Shown here piece after piece: positions 44,401 through 49,153 of a DNA stretch of 49,153 nucleotides. Made by a program: the position numbers and the translations under genes. Positions within the stretch are counted from its first letter, which is position 1, and each line of letters starts with the position of its first letter. Under the pieces are notes generated by a model. The model saw only the letters and a list, made by a program, of their open reading frames with translations, ran no database searches and was not told the DNA's origin. The DNA is from Nemertoderma westbladi (taxonomy: Eukaryota; Animalia; Xenacoelomorpha): positions 1-49,153 of the forward strand of contig JAUCBJ010006594.1 in NCBI GenBank assembly GCA_032718475.1, read 5' to 3'.

Positions 44401-47400
44401 CGATAATTTCCAACAGCGTCATATAAATATTTTCCATCCTTACAACTCATAATACTTTTCGCAAAAAATAAATTTTTCATAATTTTAAAGTCACACTTAA
44501 AACTACTTGGGTGAGTGTTTGTAACATAGTTGCATATATTTACAACATTAAACCTTTGACAAAAAGTATACAATGTGATGGGCTTACAGAATTTCACAAT
44601 AAGAAATCTATTCTCACCAGCAATGGTGGGGGTGTCATAATATGCCCCCCAACCTGTCCTCCTCAGCGTCCTCCTCAGCCTGCTGTTGGACTCCCTGTTT
44701 TAACAACACTTTACTATACGACCCTCTGGTAGTATACCCCCTGGTGGGGTCCTACTGCTGTACGCCATACGTCTGTGACTTATAAGTGCCCCACTCGGCT
44801 ATAAAGAGTGCCCCTAGTTTTTTCCCTGGATGTATTGGCCCAAAAACGAAGTGTTCGCGTGTGCGCAGCAATATTAAATCTAAAACGGCCACAAAGACGA
44901 AGACAAAGTCGAAGACGGCCACCCTAGTCTTGCGTTAGCTCTTTAGGGATACCAGAATGACGGAGGAGAAGCGTATCTCAGAAAGTAAGCGAGAACCACC
45001 AATAAGATGTTCCTAAACCCCCCCCTCGAATTCGCCAACTAGTGTACAAAACTACTTTTGGGTCGATTCCGTCAAAGGGTTCTCCGTCTAGGGCCTTTTT
45101 GTAGCCTTTTTTGGACCCCTTTCCAAATTGGGAACTTCTACAAGAGATACGGAGATGCGGTTAACGCCATCGGATAGAGAATTAAAATTAATGGTACCAT
45201 AATCTTTTTTGGGAAATTTCCCCCAAGATCTTGTCCATGATCAGTAAAAGATCAAAAGATCAAAAGATCGGACACACAGGACTTGCTCCTTTTCAAAAGT
45301 GTTGAAAGTCAAAAATGTTTATCTCGGTCTGTTTAGGGGGGTTCTAATAAGAAAATCTCCAAAAATCAATTTTTGACCAAGATCCGGATCTCCAAAGATC
45401 AGTGATCTCGGAATCGATTATCTTTATAACGAAGCAGTTTCTTCCAATAAAGATGTATGTAAACACCCCCTAGAATCACCCGAGAAGTCTACCCTAGAAA
45501 TTTTGGACCGATCCGACCGACGGGTCTCTGGCTAGACACCTTTTGACCAAAATTTTGGAATTTTTCGCTATTTTCGGCCATTTTTTGCTATTTAATTGAG
45601 ATTTTCTCAGAAAGTAAGCAAAAACCACCAATAAGATGTTCCAGGACCCCCCACAGAATCGGCCAAGGACCCCAAAACATTTTTTTTGGAGCGATCCGGG
45701 CGACGGGTAATCCGCCGGGTCAGTTTTGACCCGTTTTTGACTCTCTTTTTTTAAAAGGTTTGTTCTCGGCAACTGCGATAGCTACGACATTGGGACCAAC
45801 GCCATTGGAAAGAGCGATAAAACTTGTGTGGAAAACTACCTTTTTATAGCATTCCGATCAAAATTTCGCCTGTGATCAGCAAAAGATCAAAAGATCACAA
45901 GATCGGACATACAGGACTTGTTCCTTTTCAAAAGTGATGACAGTAAAAAATGTTTCTCTCGGTCCGTTTAGGGGGGTAGTAAAAAGAAAAATTCAAAAAA
46001 ATCAATTTTTGACCAAGATCCGGATCTCCAAAGATCAGTGATCGCGGAATCGATTATCTTCATAATGAAGCAGTTTCTTCCAATAAAGATGTATGTAAAC
46101 ACCCCCTAGAATCACTCGAGGAATCTACCCTAGAAATTTTGGACCGATCCGACAGACGGGTCTCTGGCTAGACACCTTTTGACCAAAATTTTGCCAATTT
46201 TGGCATTTTTTGACCATTTTTTTTTACATAAAATTATCTGTGGAGAAACTAAGCAAATACCACCAATAAGATGTTCCTAGACCCCCCCTGGAATCGGTCA
46301 AGGAATCCAAAAGTTTTTTTTTAAACTGATCCGATCAACGGGTAACCCGCTGGGTCAGTTTTGACCCAAATTTTGACCAATTTTTGACTTTCTTTTTTTA
46401 AAAGATTTGTTCTCGGAAACCGCGTAACTAGCGACATTGGGACCAACACCATTGGAAAGAGCATAGGCCAAACCCCCAGAAAGATCTTTTTTGTTGTATA
46501 TCGACTAAAATTGTGGCGGTGGTCGCGATCATGATCTTGAAAATGATCTTTTCCATAAAATCTTTTCCAAGGACTTTGGGACTAAATTTTCTCGATAGAA
46601 ATCTTTACTGGAATGTTTCCGAGCGATTAAAAGAAATTTCAACTCGCTAGGCCTACCGGTTCCGGAGATATGATCTTTCAAAGTTTGACCGTCTGATCGC
46701 GGGTTATTTTTAATTTAAACGAGTTTTTAGCCAAAACGGCGATAGCTACAACCGTGGGACCAAGGCCATTGGCGAGAGCAGCATCGAAAACCCCACCTAA
46801 GGTTTTTTTGTGCTGTCTTGATCGTAACTTTGGACTTTATGATCTTTACGATCTTTAAAATGATCTTTTGAATAAAAATTTTTCCAAGTGTTTTTGGATA
46901 TCATTTTCATAATAGAAATTGTTCACTGGACTGTTCCAAGTTGATTAAATGAAATTTCAACTCGATAGGCCTACCAACGCCAGAGATACGAAGATCCAAA
47001 ATGTGACGTATGATCTTTAAAGATCACTCTATGAAGACTCGGTCGATAATTTTTTTTAAATTAAATGAATGTTAAGAAAGGTCGCGCGCATCCCACCATT
47101 CATCGCGTTCCACGTTGCGGATGACAGCTGCTCCGGAAATCAGACTTTACCAAAAAAAAACCGGATCTTCAAAGATCATTGCTGAATAAGTCGAGAACCA
47201 TGAGGGGTATTAAATAACTTTCAACGGCAATAATATTCGGCTCTTCAATGCGCTTCCAACCATGTATTCGGATTTTTCATAGCATCGATAGTTTTCGAGA
47301 TATAGCCTTCGAAACATGGGCATGCCTAAACGGGTGTTTGTACCGGTACCTAGGCCTAGCTGTACATCATTGGAGTGATTTAAACATTCAAATCTTAATC

Positions 47401-49153
47401 ATTCGCGACGGGCTACACGCCAGTATTTAAATTTCTGAAAAAGACCCAGAGGTTCCAGAGATATGAAAATTTTTCAAATGTACCTTGCGTCGATCCATCG
47501 TCAAAAACGAAAATTTTTACATCTCAATTTTCACCTTGAAGAATTGATTTTAATGAAAAAGTTTCCAGATGAAAAGTGCCGAGAATCATTAATTACCTTC
47601 AAGGGGATGAAATTCGAGTCACTAAAATGAATTTTAAAATTTTTTTTGGTTAAAATTTAGTTTGGACCAGGAACGAGGCTTAATCTAATATACAGTCAGT
47701 TGGCGGAGGGAGCGGAGCGACCGGAGCCCCCAAAACTAAAACCCCTGGGTTACTGCCCCCCTTGGGGGGGGATGGGGGGGGAACTATATAAATGGGTTGG
47801 TAGGTTCGGTGGTTCTAGAATTTTAGAAATTTACGTAAAAAAAAGTGCAAAAATTTTTCGCTCGCTTCGCTCGCGCCCCCCGCGCGCATTTTAACTTGTT
47901 ACTTTTTCAATACCAGTCCTACAATATTATTAACTACATGTTAATCTTAGCTTACGATAATTTCCAACAGCGTCATATAAATATTTTCCATCCTTACAAC
48001 TCTAATACTTTTCGCAAAAAATAAATTGTTAATAATATTCAAGTCACATATACAATTACTTGGGTGAGTGTTTGTAACATAGTTGCATATATTTACAACA
48101 TTAAACCTTTGACAAAAAGTCTACAATGTGATGGGCTTACAGAATTTCTCAACAGACAATTATGCTCGCCAGCAATGGTGGGGTGTCATAATGTCCCCCC
48201 CCCCTGGTAGTATACCATCTGGTGGTACTGCATGCCATACGTCTGTGACTTATTAAAATCTCAAAAAAAAATTGTATTTCTTACTTATAGTGTTTAGATT
48301 AAGTCAATAAATACATACTTTATTTATATTCACATTTTAAATGTTTAAAAACTCAAAAAAATTTTCGCTCGATTTGCTTGTGCAGCACCCTGTCTTTTGA
48401 AATGTAAAAAAACGTCAAAAAATTTTCCGCTCGCTTCGCTCGCGCAGCGGCCTCCCTTTTTAACTGTCAAAAAAATTTAAAAGTTTTCCGCTCGCTTCGC
48501 TCGCAAGTGGTCCTTGCATTCAGTGTTTTCACAAAGTAAATAAATACATACTTTACACTATTTTTCAGGTGATATATATTATTCGTGTGACGAAATGATT
48601 CCATCTTGCACACTGCGTATATTCTACATTACAGGTGTGCAATAATAATAAATGAGGGGTTTTTAGACCACCTCTTGACATCTACTTTAGTAACATATAT
48701 ATAACATACATGTGCAATGCACATTTTGTCCCTCCACGTGGATTGAAAGTGTACAACATTCTACCCCCCCCCCCCTTCCACATTTACACTCCCAGGAGTT
48801 CCCTATGCTTGCCTTTTTGCTTGCCTTTTTATTAACACTTTACTATACGACCCTAGGGTAGTATACCCCCTGGTGGGGTCCTACTGCATGCCATACGTCT
48901 GTGACTTACAAGTGCCCCACTCGGCTATAGAAGTATACCCCCTGGTGGGGTCCTACTGCTGTACGCCATACGTCTGTGACTCTAAGTGCCCCACTCGGCT
49001 ATAAAGAGTGCCCCTAGTTTTTTCCCTGGATGTGTGGGCCCCAAACCAAAGGTTCCTGTACGGAGTACCACAATATCCAAAGCGGCCACGACAACGAAAG
49101 CGTAAGCGAAGGGGCCCACCTTTAATTTTCGTAGATCTTTTGGGATAGCCTTT
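38430..49153. repeat. Tandem array of ~2.1-kb units (runs off the right edge), probably DNA-transposon-derived
   Basis: Anchor CTGGATGT..TGGCCC at ~38468, 40598, 42710, 44826 and 49026 gives periods of ~2130, 2112, 2116, then an expanded ~4200-bp unit. Only short repeated spurious ORFs. Confidence 0.93.

Overview
Animal (metazoan) repeat-rich DNA with no recognisable host gene. The window holds a cluster of BEL/Pao-type LTR retrotransposons of one family. Copy A (minus, 1-3964) shows the 5' LTR, leader and gag start. Copy B (minus, 6554-19971) is degenerate, with an intact 3' LTR, a truncated 5' LTR and a piggyBac-type TTAA element inside gag. Copy C (plus, 24244 to ~38085) has a nearly intact ~2700-codon gag-pol and sits inside the gag of a more distant relative (copy D). 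Also present: an L2/CR1-group LINE 3' end, an RTE-clade LINE fragment, a Penelope-type minimal hammerhead ribozyme and a ~11 kb tandem array with ~2.1 kb units. The BEL family looks atypical in five ways: ~1.2 kb LTRs followed by a conserved hairpin rather than a TGG tRNA primer-binding site; a ~2.2 kb structured leader; a cluster of perfect 5' splice-site consensus motifs around the gag/pol transition; an extra non-Env ORF after pol with a basic C-terminus; and a ~210-nt RNA stem-loop with compensatory changes just upstream of that ORF. Together these suggest, by inference only, a complex-retrovirus-like regulatory layout. All alignments and folds were done by eye.
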